Part shown: positions 1 to 8,069 of the stretch, piece after piece | Layout: every line of letters begins with the position of its first letter | How positions within the stretch are numbered: the first letter of the stretch is position 1 | Source: Alphaproteobacteria bacterium | GTDB lineage: Bacteria > Pseudomonadota > Alphaproteobacteria > UBA828 | Assembly (NCBI GenBank): GCA_965220745.1 | Contig: CBDCQT010000010.1 | Span: forward strand, 608,001 to 672,000 | DNA: 64,000 bases | Direction: 5' to 3' | The notes under the pieces: model-generated | Told to the model about the DNA's origin: nothing | What the model saw: only the letters and a program-made list of their open reading frames with translations | Databases searched by the model: none | Made by a program: the position numbers and the translations under genes

Positions 1-689
1 AGCCGATGACGGCCGCGAGCGGCGGGATCAAGCCGCCACCTGAATATTTCCCCATGCTGCGTGAGATCTGCGACCGTTACGACATCCTGATGATCGCGGA
101 CGAGGTGATCTGCGGCTTCGGCCGCACCGGGCGCTGGTTCGGCATGGAGCACTGGGGCGTGGTGCCCGACCTGATGGCGGTCTCCAAGGGCATCACCTCC
201 GGCTACATCCCCATGGGCGCCGTGCTGATGCGGCCTCACGTCGCCGCGCATTTCGACGACGACTGGTTCCCGCTCGGCTCGACCCAGACCGGCAACCCCA
301 TCGCCTGCGCCGCAGCCTGCGCTGCGCTCGATGCCTACGAGAACGACGGGCTGATCGATAACGCGGCGCGGATGGGCGAGGTGCTGGCGTCGGGACTGGA
401 GGACCTCAAGCGGCATTCGTGCGTCTCTGACGTGCGCTCGCTGGGACTGCTCGGCGCCATCGAGCTCACCGCCGATGCGGCGACCGACGCGCCCTTCTCG
501 ACGGCGCCGAACCACGCGGCGGTGAACAACCTGATGAAGCGCCGGCTGGTCGAGCACGGGCTGGAGGCCCGGACCTGCCTCAACGGCCTCCTGATCGGCC
601 CGCCGCTTTGTATCGACGCCGACCAGATCGGCGACGCCATCGGGGTTTTCGACACGATCCTGGACGAGGTTGACGACGCGCTCGGCTGA
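1..689 (+). CDS. Class III PLP-dependent aminotransferase, 5' end outside the window
   Basis: ADEVICGFGRTG and PDLMAVSKGITSGY motifs (PLP lysine); the frame is open at the window start. Confidence 0.9.
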   Translation, partial: PMTAASGGIKPPPEYFPMLREICDRYDILMIADEVICGFGRTGRWFGMEHWGVVPDLMAVSKGITSGYIPMGAVLMRPHVAAHFDDDWFPLGSTQTGNPIACAAACAALDAYENDGLIDNAARMGEVLASGLEDLKRHSCVSDVRSLGLLGAIELTADAATDAPFSTAPNHAAVNNLMKRRLVEHGLEARTCLNGLLIGPPLCIDADQIGDAIGVFDTILDEVDDALG

Positions 690-701
690 CGTTGGGAGCA
701 C

Positions 702-1538
702 CTACTGCTTGATCGCGCCCAGCGTGAACGCGCGGGCGAGGTGCTTCTGGATCAGGAAGCCGAAGAGAACGATGGGGAGTGCGGCTGCGACCGCGAGCGC
801 CGCCTGCACCCCATAGACCCCGGTGTGATGGTGCAGATAGATCGGCACGGTGACGATCAGCTTGTCGCTCAGCGTGACCGTCAGCAGGAATTCGTTCCAG
901 GTGAGGATGAAGATGAAGAGGCCGGTGACCGCGAGCCCGCCTCGGATCATCGGCACGGTGACGACGAGGTGCGCGCGCAGGCGGCTCATGCCGTCCATCA
1001 TGCCGGCCTCCTCGATGGCGGGCGGCACCTCGTCGATGAAGCTCTTCAACATCCAGAAGGAGAACGGCACGCCAAAGGCGGTGTGAACCAGGATGATGCC
1101 GATGTGGGTGTCGCGCAGGCCCATCGAGGTGAAGAGGAAGAGAGCCGGGATCGCGAGCGTGATCGGCGGCACGGCGCGGACGGCGAGAATGCCGATGGCG
1201 AGCCGGTCGCTGCCCGCGCGGTAGCGCGAGAAGCCGATCGCCGCGAGCAGCCCGATCGCCAGCGCGAGCGCCGTGGTGCCGCCGGCGATGATGAAGGAGT
1301 CGAGAATGGCGCCGAGCCCGGTCCTCGGCGCGGTGACGTAGCTCTCCTCGTAGCGCTGGAAGAGCGGCGCGTAGTTTCCGAGCGTGAGATCACGTGGCAC
1401 CCAGGGCACCGGCACCGCCGCCCACTCGCCAAGCGGCTTGAGCGACGTGGAGACCATCCAGAAGACGGGGAAAAGCGCGAAGGTGAGCGCGGCCACGAGG
1501 CCGAGCGCATGGTGGGGCCGGAAGCGGGGAGAGGTCAC
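702..1538 (-). CDS. Carbohydrate ABC transporter permease (MalG/UgpE-like)
   Basis: LFPVFWMVSTSLK, EAA loop (IEEAGMMDGMS), FILTWNEF and several TM helices; GTG start chosen inside ORF 702..1898. Confidence 0.85.
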   Translation of the reverse strand: MTSPRFRPHHALGLVAALTFALFPVFWMVSTSLKPLGEWAAVPVPWVPRDLTLGNYAPLFQRYEESYVTAPRTGLGAILDSFIIAGGTTALALAIGLLAAIGFSRYRAGSDRLAIGILAVRAVPPITLAIPALFLFTSMGLRDTHIGIILVHTAFGVPFSFWMLKSFIDEVPPAIEEAGMMDGMSRLRAHLVVTVPMIRGGLAVTGLFIFILTWNEFLLTVTLSDKLIVTVPIYLHHHTGVYGVQAALAVAAALPIVLFGFLIQKHLARAFTLGAIKQ

Positions 1539-1573
1539 GGATGGACACCGGTGCGGCGGGGACTGGCGTGCCC

Positions 1574-2557
1574 TCAGCCTGCGCCGATCTCCTCGATGGC
1601 GTCGGGTGCTTCGCAAAGCGCATCGAGCGCGGCGCGGGCCTCCTGCGCCTCGCGCACGCTGACGGCGCGGAAGCGGAAGATGTCGCCGGGCCGCGCCTGA
1701 CCGGGCCTCCACAGCGAGCCGGTCGGCACCGTGTAGGGGTTGATGAAGCCGCCGAGGGTGAGGCCGTCCGGCCCAAGGACGATGGGCGTCTGGCCGCAGA
1801 GGTTGATCGAGCCGAGGCCATAGCCGTGCTCGATGATGTTGGAGGGGTGCGTGCCGTTCTCCGGCGACTTGTCGTAGGCGCGGCGGGTGAAGGTCCACTC
1901 CGGCCCTTCGAGGCGCACGCCCACCCGGTTGCTGTGGGCGGAGACGCGCCAGTCATGCGTCAGGAAGCGGGCATGGCCGGCCTCGTCGATCCAGTCCTCC
2001 CTGGGCCCAGGCACCGCTTCGACCGACCAGACCCGGCCCTCGGGGAAGCGCGGCCGGGCGTGGGCCGCGGCCCGCCGCCCTGGTGTACCGTCTCCGGCAC
2101 CGAGGGCCAGATGCTGCCCGGCCTTGAGCGGCTCTCCTCCGGCGCCGCCGATTTGCCCGAGGCGATAGGTCGCGCGGGAGCCGAGGAAGGGCGGCACGTC
2201 GATACCGCCGGAGACCGCGAGATAGGCGCGGGCGCCGCGCGTGGCCGAGCCGAGTGCCACGGTCTGCCCGGCACGCACCGCGACGCTGGTCCAGCCCTCG
2301 AAGGGCTCGTCGTCGAGCGCCGCGGGCATCTCGGCGCCGCAGACCGCGACCACGCGGTCGTCGCGGAAACGCAGGGTGGGGCCGATAAACTGGCACTCGA
2401 GCCCCGCGGCGCTGGCGTCGTTGCCCACCAGGCGATTGGCGATGCGGAAGGACCAGCCGTCCATCGGGCCCGAGATCGGGTAGCCGGTGCTGACCATGCC
2501 GACGCGGCCCGGATAGTCCTGAACCGTGGTCTCCAGGCCGGGTTTCAGCACCTCCAT
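1574..2557 (-). CDS. Biotin-dependent carboxyltransferase family protein (PxpC / allophanate hydrolase subunit 2-like)
   Basis: TTVQDYPGR, SGPMD, ANRLVGN, RAYLAVSGG, SNRVGVRL and PDGLTLGG motifs. Confidence 0.9.
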   Translation of the reverse strand: MEVLKPGLETTVQDYPGRVGMVSTGYPISGPMDGWSFRIANRLVGNDASAAGLECQFIGPTLRFRDDRVVAVCGAEMPAALDDEPFEGWTSVAVRAGQTVALGSATRGARAYLAVSGGIDVPPFLGSRATYRLGQIGGAGGEPLKAGQHLALGAGDGTPGRRAAAHARPRFPEGRVWSVEAVPGPREDWIDEAGHARFLTHDWRVSAHSNRVGVRLEGPEWTFTRRAYDKSPENGTHPSNIIEHGYGLGSINLCGQTPIVLGPDGLTLGGFINPYTVPTGSLWRPGQARPGDIFRFRAVSVREAQEARAALDALCEAPDAIEEIGAG

Positions 2558-2571
2558 GACGGGCGTCGCGC

Positions 2572-3447
2572 TCAGTGCCTCTGCTCCGCGTCGAGCGTCG
2601 CCACCCAGGCCTCGTAGGCGGATAGGGAGAAGCGCTGATACTCGACGATGTTGAAGGGGTAGGTTCCTTCCGCCAGCTTCGCCTCGATGCGGTCGTATTC
2701 GCTGCGGTCAATGGGATCGAACTTGATGCGATCGCCGACGCGGAGCAGTGCGATGCCGCCGCCGAAGGCCGGGATGCGTCCCTCCGGGTCCAGCATCGGG
2801 AGCGGCGTGCGGCCGATCATGTTGAAGCCGCCGGGCGAGTGCAGGGTCTGGATCGCGCTCTGGCCGCCGGCGCAGACCACCGCGCCTTGGGGCGTCCACA
2901 TGCGGGGCGGGTCGTACTTGGGCGCGTAGATGATGCAGCGCGGGTCGAGCGGGCGCATGAGCGGCAGGCCGGGATAGGCGCCGATGATGCCGATCCAGTA
3001 CTCGGTCGCCGAATGGAGCGCAACCAGCTCGTCGAGGCCGGAGAGCCCGTTCTCCGCCACGATGAACTCGGGGTCGTAGGGCCGCTCCTTGATGGTGCGG
3101 TGGTACTCCTCCATGCAGGCGCGGGTCCAGGGGTCGAGGTAGAGGGTGGGCACGTGGACCAGCCGGCTCTCGATTTCGTCGGGCGTGCCCACCGCGTCGG
3201 CCAGCGCCAGCGCCTCGCGCACCAGGTCGTCATAGGCGATGCGCTGCCAGTCGTACTCGATGAGCACGGAGTTGAAGCCGGGATTGGTCTCGATCACGCC
3301 GGGAATGCGGGCCTCGTCCACGGCCTTGGCGAAGCCGCGGGCCTGCAGGTTGAGCCTGAGCCCGCCGTCGTCGCCGAATTCGATCAGAACGAAGCGGTCG
3401 CCGTTGGGCGCGACCAGGGGCTCCTCGTACTTCATGCCGCGCATCAT
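2572..3447 (-). CDS. Carboxyltransferase domain protein (PxpB / allophanate hydrolase subunit 1-like)
   Basis: GDRFVLIEFG, YLDPWT, PKYDPPRMWTP, SPGGFNMIGRTP; start may be 3435 instead. Confidence 0.88.
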   Translation of the reverse strand: MMRGMKYEEPLVAPNGDRFVLIEFGDDGGLRLNLQARGFAKAVDEARIPGVIETNPGFNSVLIEYDWQRIAYDDLVREALALADAVGTPDEIESRLVHVPTLYLDPWTRACMEEYHRTIKERPYDPEFIVAENGLSGLDELVALHSATEYWIGIIGAYPGLPLMRPLDPRCIIYAPKYDPPRMWTPQGAVVCAGGQSAIQTLHSPGGFNMIGRTPLPMLDPEGRIPAFGGGIALLRVGDRIKFDPIDRSEYDRIEAKLAEGTYPFNIVEYQRFSLSAYEAWVATLDAEQRH

Positions 3448-3531
3448 AGCGGACGATTCGCCGTTGGCGCGGGGCGGGGAGCGGCGTAAGCATGGGCGCG
3501 CGGCGCGAGCGCGCGGAATGGAGGCACTCGT

Positions 3532-3993
3532 ATGGCGGAAGAGCCGTCGGCGCCTGATACGGCGGAGCAGTGGCAATACCAGCTTCGCGTCGATCTGGCG
3601 GAGGACGCTGCTGAAGCGGCGCGGGCCGGTGGGGAGCATGCGGGGCTCGGGCCCTTGCGGGAGATTCTCGCCACCCACGATGCGCGGCTCATCTGCCAGT
3701 ACGACGCCTTTGCCGGCTATTGCGCGGAGGCCGAGGAGCACGGCATCGAGCACTACCCGCTCTACGCCTGGACCAAGGCGGTGATCGCCGACCCGGCCAA
3801 GCAGGCGAAATACGTCAAGTCGTTCTCGATCCATGTGGGCGGGGCGGAGGTCTACGACAAGGACAAGGCGGACGCGCTGGAAGCAGCGCTCGCGCCGCTG
3901 GTGGGCGCCGGCGTGGTGGCCCGGCTCGCCAAGCACGATACCAATCCAGCCAACAGCCCGCAGATGCCGGAGAAATACCGCTCCGGATCGTAA
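3532..3993 (+). CDS. Hypothetical protein, 153 aa
   Basis: GGAGG RBS before ATG, host-like codon usage, globular composition; fills the gap between flanking genes. Confidence 0.8.
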   Translation: MAEEPSAPDTAEQWQYQLRVDLAEDAAEAARAGGEHAGLGPLREILATHDARLICQYDAFAGYCAEAEEHGIEHYPLYAWTKAVIADPAKQAKYVKSFSIHVGGAEVYDKDKADALEAALAPLVGAGVVARLAKHDTNPANSPQMPEKYRSGS

Positions 3994-3999
3994 GAGGAC

Positions 4000-4518
4000 T
4001 TAGCCGCTGCCGGCGGCGAGTTTTTCGCGCAGGTAGGGGATCAGGCCGCCGGCCTGCAGCATGCCGCGCTCCGCGGTGGAATAAGGCGCGATGGGGAGCG
4101 TGCCGCCCCGGCTCAGATTGCGGACCTGGGCCCCCTCCCAGTCGATTTCGATCTCGTCCCAGCGCCGGACCAGGCCGGTGATGCCGGGGCAGGCGATCTG
4201 CGGGAAGCCCTCGGCGATCTCCTCTCGCCAGTAGCCGGTGGCGAAGGAGTCCGCGATCACGGCGCGGACGCCCAGGTGGCGCAGCCCGATCATCGGCGCG
4301 AAGTGGGGATGGCCGTAGCCGAAGTTCTCGGCACCGACGACCACGTCGCCGGGCGCGACCTTCTCGGCGAAACCGGGGTCGAAGCGGCGCATGGCGCACG
4401 CCGCGAGCGCATCCGGGTCGGTGAGGCGGATGTTCTCGACGCCCACGATCTGGTCCACGTCGAAATCCGCTTCCTCGAAGACGTAGGCGACGCGGCCGCG
4501 AAGGGGCGCGAGGCTCAT
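4000..4518 (-). CDS. LeuD-like aconitase-family small subunit (non-canonical)
   Basis: DVDQI, GDVVVGAENFGYG, GVRAVIADSFA, GGLIPY; overlaps the large subunit stop. Confidence 0.85.
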   Translation of the reverse strand: MSLAPLRGRVAYVFEEADFDVDQIVGVENIRLTDPDALAACAMRRFDPGFAEKVAPGDVVVGAENFGYGHPHFAPMIGLRHLGVRAVIADSFATGYWREEIAEGFPQIACPGITGLVRRWDEIEIDWEGAQVRNLSRGGTLPIAPYSTAERGMLQAGGLIPYLREKLAAGSG

Positions 4519-5789
4519 TCGCCGGCCTCGGCCAGATAGGGACGCGGGTCGGCGATCCGCCCCTCCAGCGCCGATGCCGCCACCGCCGCAGCGTTGCAGA
4601 GGTAGATCTCGGAATCGGGGCTCCCCATGCGGCCGGTGACGTTAAGCGTGCCGGTGGAGACCGCGCGCTGGCCGGCGGTCATGGTGGCGATCCGCCCGTA
4701 GCAGTAGTCGCACGACGACGAGGTGACGAAGGCGCCGGCCTCGATCAGCGTGGTCAGCAGGCCCTCGCGGACGGCGTCGGCCATGATCGCCTGGCTGGTG
4801 GGCACAACGTGGAGCTGGAATCCCGGCGCGACGCGGCGGCCCTTGAGTACCGCGGCAGCGGCGCGCAGGTCTTCCAGCCGGCCGGAGGCACAGGAGCCGA
4901 GATAGCCCGCCTGGACTTCGAGCCCGGCGTGGTCCGCGAGATCGGCGGTGGCGGCCGGGTTGGGCGGCACCACGACGATGGGCGCGAGATCGGTGAGATC
5001 GACCTCGTGCAGCGCGGCGTAGGTGGCGTCCTCGTCGCTCACCTGCGGCTCGAAGGGCCCGGTCACGTGGTTGCGCGCGTAGTCGAGGGCCAGCTGGTCC
5101 GGGTTGCAGATCGCGGTGAGCGCGCCGGTGAACATGGCGAGCCCGGTGATAGTCTGGCGCCCTTCCAGCGAGATGTCGCCGAGCGCTAGCCCGCCCAGCT
5201 CCAGCACCTGAAAGCGGCACGAGCGGGGGCCGAGCACGCGCACCAGATGGTGGAACACGTCACGTGCCATCACGCCGGGCGCGAGCCGGCCGGTGAGGTT
5301 GACGCGCGTGGTCTCGGGCACGGTGAAGTCGATGCGCTCGCGCACGAAGGCCTCCAGGAGCTGCGTGTGGATGCCGATGGCGAGCGTGCCGAAGGCGCCG
5401 AGCTGCGCGATGTGACCGTCGAAGTGGACGGCGAAGCCGCCGGGCACGGCATAGCCCGCCTCCGCCGCCACCTGGTGGCCGATGCCCTCGCGCTCGTGGA
5501 GCTTGACGCTGTTCTCCGCGCACCAGGTGCGGGTGACGATGTGCAGCTCCTCCTCCTCGGGCGTGTTGGCCGGCACCATATGGTCGATGAAGAGGGCGTA
5601 GCGTTCCGGCTCGGCGACGCGCTCGATGCCGAACTCCTCCTTCATCTGCTTGAAGATGAGGTCGAGATAGCCGGGGAAGTCGTAGCCCAGCACGTAGTCG
5701 GGCTTGACCTCGACTTCGGTGCCGGCCGGCACCGGCACGCCCGCCCGGCTCGCGCGCCCCATGATCTTTTCCGCGATCGTGTAGCCCAT
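4515..5789 (-). CDS. LeuC/homoaconitase-like large subunit, [4Fe-4S] (non-canonical)
   Basis: MGYTIAEKI, IDH, GIGHQV, GSCASGR and CDYC (three cluster cysteines), GRMGSP. Confidence 0.88.
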   Translation of the reverse strand: MGYTIAEKIMGRASRAGVPVPAGTEVEVKPDYVLGYDFPGYLDLIFKQMKEEFGIERVAEPERYALFIDHMVPANTPEEEELHIVTRTWCAENSVKLHEREGIGHQVAAEAGYAVPGGFAVHFDGHIAQLGAFGTLAIGIHTQLLEAFVRERIDFTVPETTRVNLTGRLAPGVMARDVFHHLVRVLGPRSCRFQVLELGGLALGDISLEGRQTITGLAMFTGALTAICNPDQLALDYARNHVTGPFEPQVSDEDATYAALHEVDLTDLAPIVVVPPNPAATADLADHAGLEVQAGYLGSCASGRLEDLRAAAAVLKGRRVAPGFQLHVVPTSQAIMADAVREGLLTTLIEAGAFVTSSSCDYCYGRIATMTAGQRAVSTGTLNVTGRMGSPDSEIYLCNAAAVAASALEGRIADPRPYLAEAGE

Positions 5790-5869
5790 GGCTCTCCGCC
5801 CGCACCGCTCTGCGTCTTGGCCCGATGGTAGCACCATCGGGCGTACGCCGCGCGGACCCACGCGGGCCA

Positions 5870-6856
5870 TCACTCGTCGAGGCGGAAGAGGAGCAGGAGC
5901 GTGCGCTGGAGAAAATGGAAGTTGTCGTCGGAGAGGATGTAGACGAGGGTGGCGCCGTCCGCATCGCGCGTGACCGCCACGCCCTCGAAGTTGTCCACAG
6001 TGAGCGGCGGTGCGAAGCGGGCGAGAAGCTCGCCCTTCAGCACGGCGCCGCCTTCGACGGCACGCGCGGGAATCCGCTCGAGCCGCGCCTTGAACCCGCC
6101 GAGCAGCTTGAAATAGCGGGAGAGGATGAGCACGTCGCCGTTGGGCAGCATCGCCGCGTCCGTCGGCTTGAAGTCTCGCGCGGTGCGGTAGCCGAGGGGT
6201 TCGACGCCGCCCTCGCCGACGAGCCAGCCGGCGCGGAAGCCGCCGGTGCGCTTGAGGCTCTCCGCCAGCATCAGGATGCGGCCGTCGACAAGCGGGGTGA
6301 GCGCCTCCAGCCCGCCGTTGAGCGGGGCAGCCGCGATGCCCTTCGGTGTCGGGAAGGGCACGGGGCGGCCCTGCAGCCCGCCGGTCTCCGCCGGGTAGCG
6401 CCAGACGCGGTGACGCTGTTCGAAGCTTACCAGCCAGTCGCCGCCCGGCAGGCGCTCCAGCGCTTCGGCGTCGCGCCACTCGCCAGTGACCGGCCGGCCT
6501 TTCGTGTCGAGGAGCGGTCCCAGCGTGGCGTCTGTCAGGTCTACGAGGCGGCCGGTGCGGTTGCGCACGATGCGGGCGGTGAACCAGCGGCCGCGGTCCG
6601 TAACGGCGGTGAGTCGCCCGTCAGCCGAGACGCTGAGGCCCGACAGCCCGCCGAATCCCGGCTTGTTCCATCTTAGATCCAGCCCGCCGAGGAAGTGCAG
6701 GCGGCCGACCTGACGCACGGTACGGTCGGTGGGGTCGAGGGCGACCGGGCGCGAGGAGAGCGAGGTCGAAGCGGCGAACGCATCGCCGCAGGCCAGCGCC
6801 AGCGCGCCGACCATGGCTGCGGCAATGAGGGTGCGAATCAGCGAGCGGCCGCCCAT
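5870..6856 (-). CDS. Esterase-like activity of phytase family secreted protein
   Basis: Signal peptide, FGGLSGL, DAEAL, NGGLEAL, DNFEG, SDDNF, QRTLL. Confidence 0.85.
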   Translation of the reverse strand: MGGRSLIRTLIAAAMVGALALACGDAFAASTSLSSRPVALDPTDRTVRQVGRLHFLGGLDLRWNKPGFGGLSGLSVSADGRLTAVTDRGRWFTARIVRNRTGRLVDLTDATLGPLLDTKGRPVTGEWRDAEALERLPGGDWLVSFEQRHRVWRYPAETGGLQGRPVPFPTPKGIAAAPLNGGLEALTPLVDGRILMLAESLKRTGGFRAGWLVGEGGVEPLGYRTARDFKPTDAAMLPNGDVLILSRYFKLLGGFKARLERIPARAVEGGAVLKGELLARFAPPLTVDNFEGVAVTRDADGATLVYILSDDNFHFLQRTLLLLFRLDE

Positions 6857-8067
6857 CACGTCGCCGCCGCCAATCGTCCGAGACGTGCATCCGCCCGCCA
6901 CACGCCGACAACGACTGCGAGACCGAGAGAGGACCAGACCAGCATCGTCCACCATGCGGCGTCCCACCCGCCGAGCGCCTCGGTCACCGCAGCCAGCAGC
7001 GGCGGGCCGAGCACGGCGCCGAGCGCGGCTCCCTGCGCGACGAAGCCGCCGGCCATCGCCACCTGCGCCTGGCTCGGCGCGTGGGCGATGCCGCCTTCGA
7101 AGCAGACGGCGGGTAACGGGCCACCCGCCAAGGCGAAGCAGACGGCCAGCGGGATCTTGGCGTCGACAGGCGTGAAGGGCGCGAAGAGCGTCGCAGCGCA
7201 CACGCCCATGCCTGTGAAGGTGAGTCCCAACAGCAGCCAGCGCGCGGCGCCACGCTGCAAGAGCCACGCACTGGTTACGGAGCCCACGGTGGTGGCGAGG
7301 ACGAAGAGCGCGGTGAAGAGCGCGGCAGCCTCGACCGAGCGGCCTTGCGTCTCGATCAGGAAAGTGGGCAGCCACGCCATCAGCGCCTGCCACTGCACGG
7401 CGAAAATCGCGAAGGCAATGCCGAAGAGCCAGGGCCCCGGCCGAGCCAGAGTCGCGCGCACGCCGGCTCGGTCGAATGTGCTGCCCGCCGCCGGCATCTG
7501 CCAGCGCCCCGGCGCCGCGACCCAGGCGAAAGTCACGAGGAAGAGCAGGATCAGCCCGGTATTGATGAACCAAAGGCCGCGCCAGCCGACCGTCTCCAGC
7601 AGCACCGTCGCGATCACCAGCGAGAGCGCGATGCCAACCGGCATGTAGGTGCCCCAGACGCCGAGGACGAAGCGGCGCACGCCGGTATCGGTTGCGGCGA
7701 CGAGCATCTTGGGCCCGGCAACCGTGAGGGTGGCGAAGCCGAAGCCTTCGACGATGCGGGCCGCGAGCAGCTGCGCGCCGTTCTCCGCGAAGCCTCCGGC
7801 AAGGCTCGCGCAGGCCATCACGGCGCCGCCCACGAAGACCATGCGCCCGATGCCCGCCCGGTCGACTATCACCCCGCCGGCAACCCCCAGGACGGCGCCC
7901 ATGCCGTAGAAGGATGACGCGATCAGCCCGGCGATGACGCGGGGCAGGGCGAGCTCCGCTTCCAGCATCGGCAACGCGGGCGGCACCTTGCCGACCTGCA
8001 TGCCCACCATGTAGCCGGCCGTGAAGGCGAGGGCCACGATGTCCCAACGGGTGCGGGTAGGGGACAC
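6856..8067 (-). CDS. MFS transporter (CynX-like)
   Basis: About 12 hydrophobic segments, GKVPPALP, DRAGIGR loop, RIVEGFG. Confidence 0.85.
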   Translation of the reverse strand: MSPTRTRWDIVALAFTAGYMVGMQVGKVPPALPMLEAELALPRVIAGLIASSFYGMGAVLGVAGGVIVDRAGIGRMVFVGGAVMACASLAGGFAENGAQLLAARIVEGFGFATLTVAGPKMLVAATDTGVRRFVLGVWGTYMPVGIALSLVIATVLLETVGWRGLWFINTGLILLFLVTFAWVAAPGRWQMPAAGSTFDRAGVRATLARPGPWLFGIAFAIFAVQWQALMAWLPTFLIETQGRSVEAAALFTALFVLATTVGSVTSAWLLQRGAARWLLLGLTFTGMGVCAATLFAPFTPVDAKIPLAVCFALAGGPLPAVCFEGGIAHAPSQAQVAMAGGFVAQGAALGAVLGPPLLAAVTEALGGWDAAWWTMLVWSSLGLAVVVGVWRADARLGRLAAAT

Positions 8068-8069
8068 GA

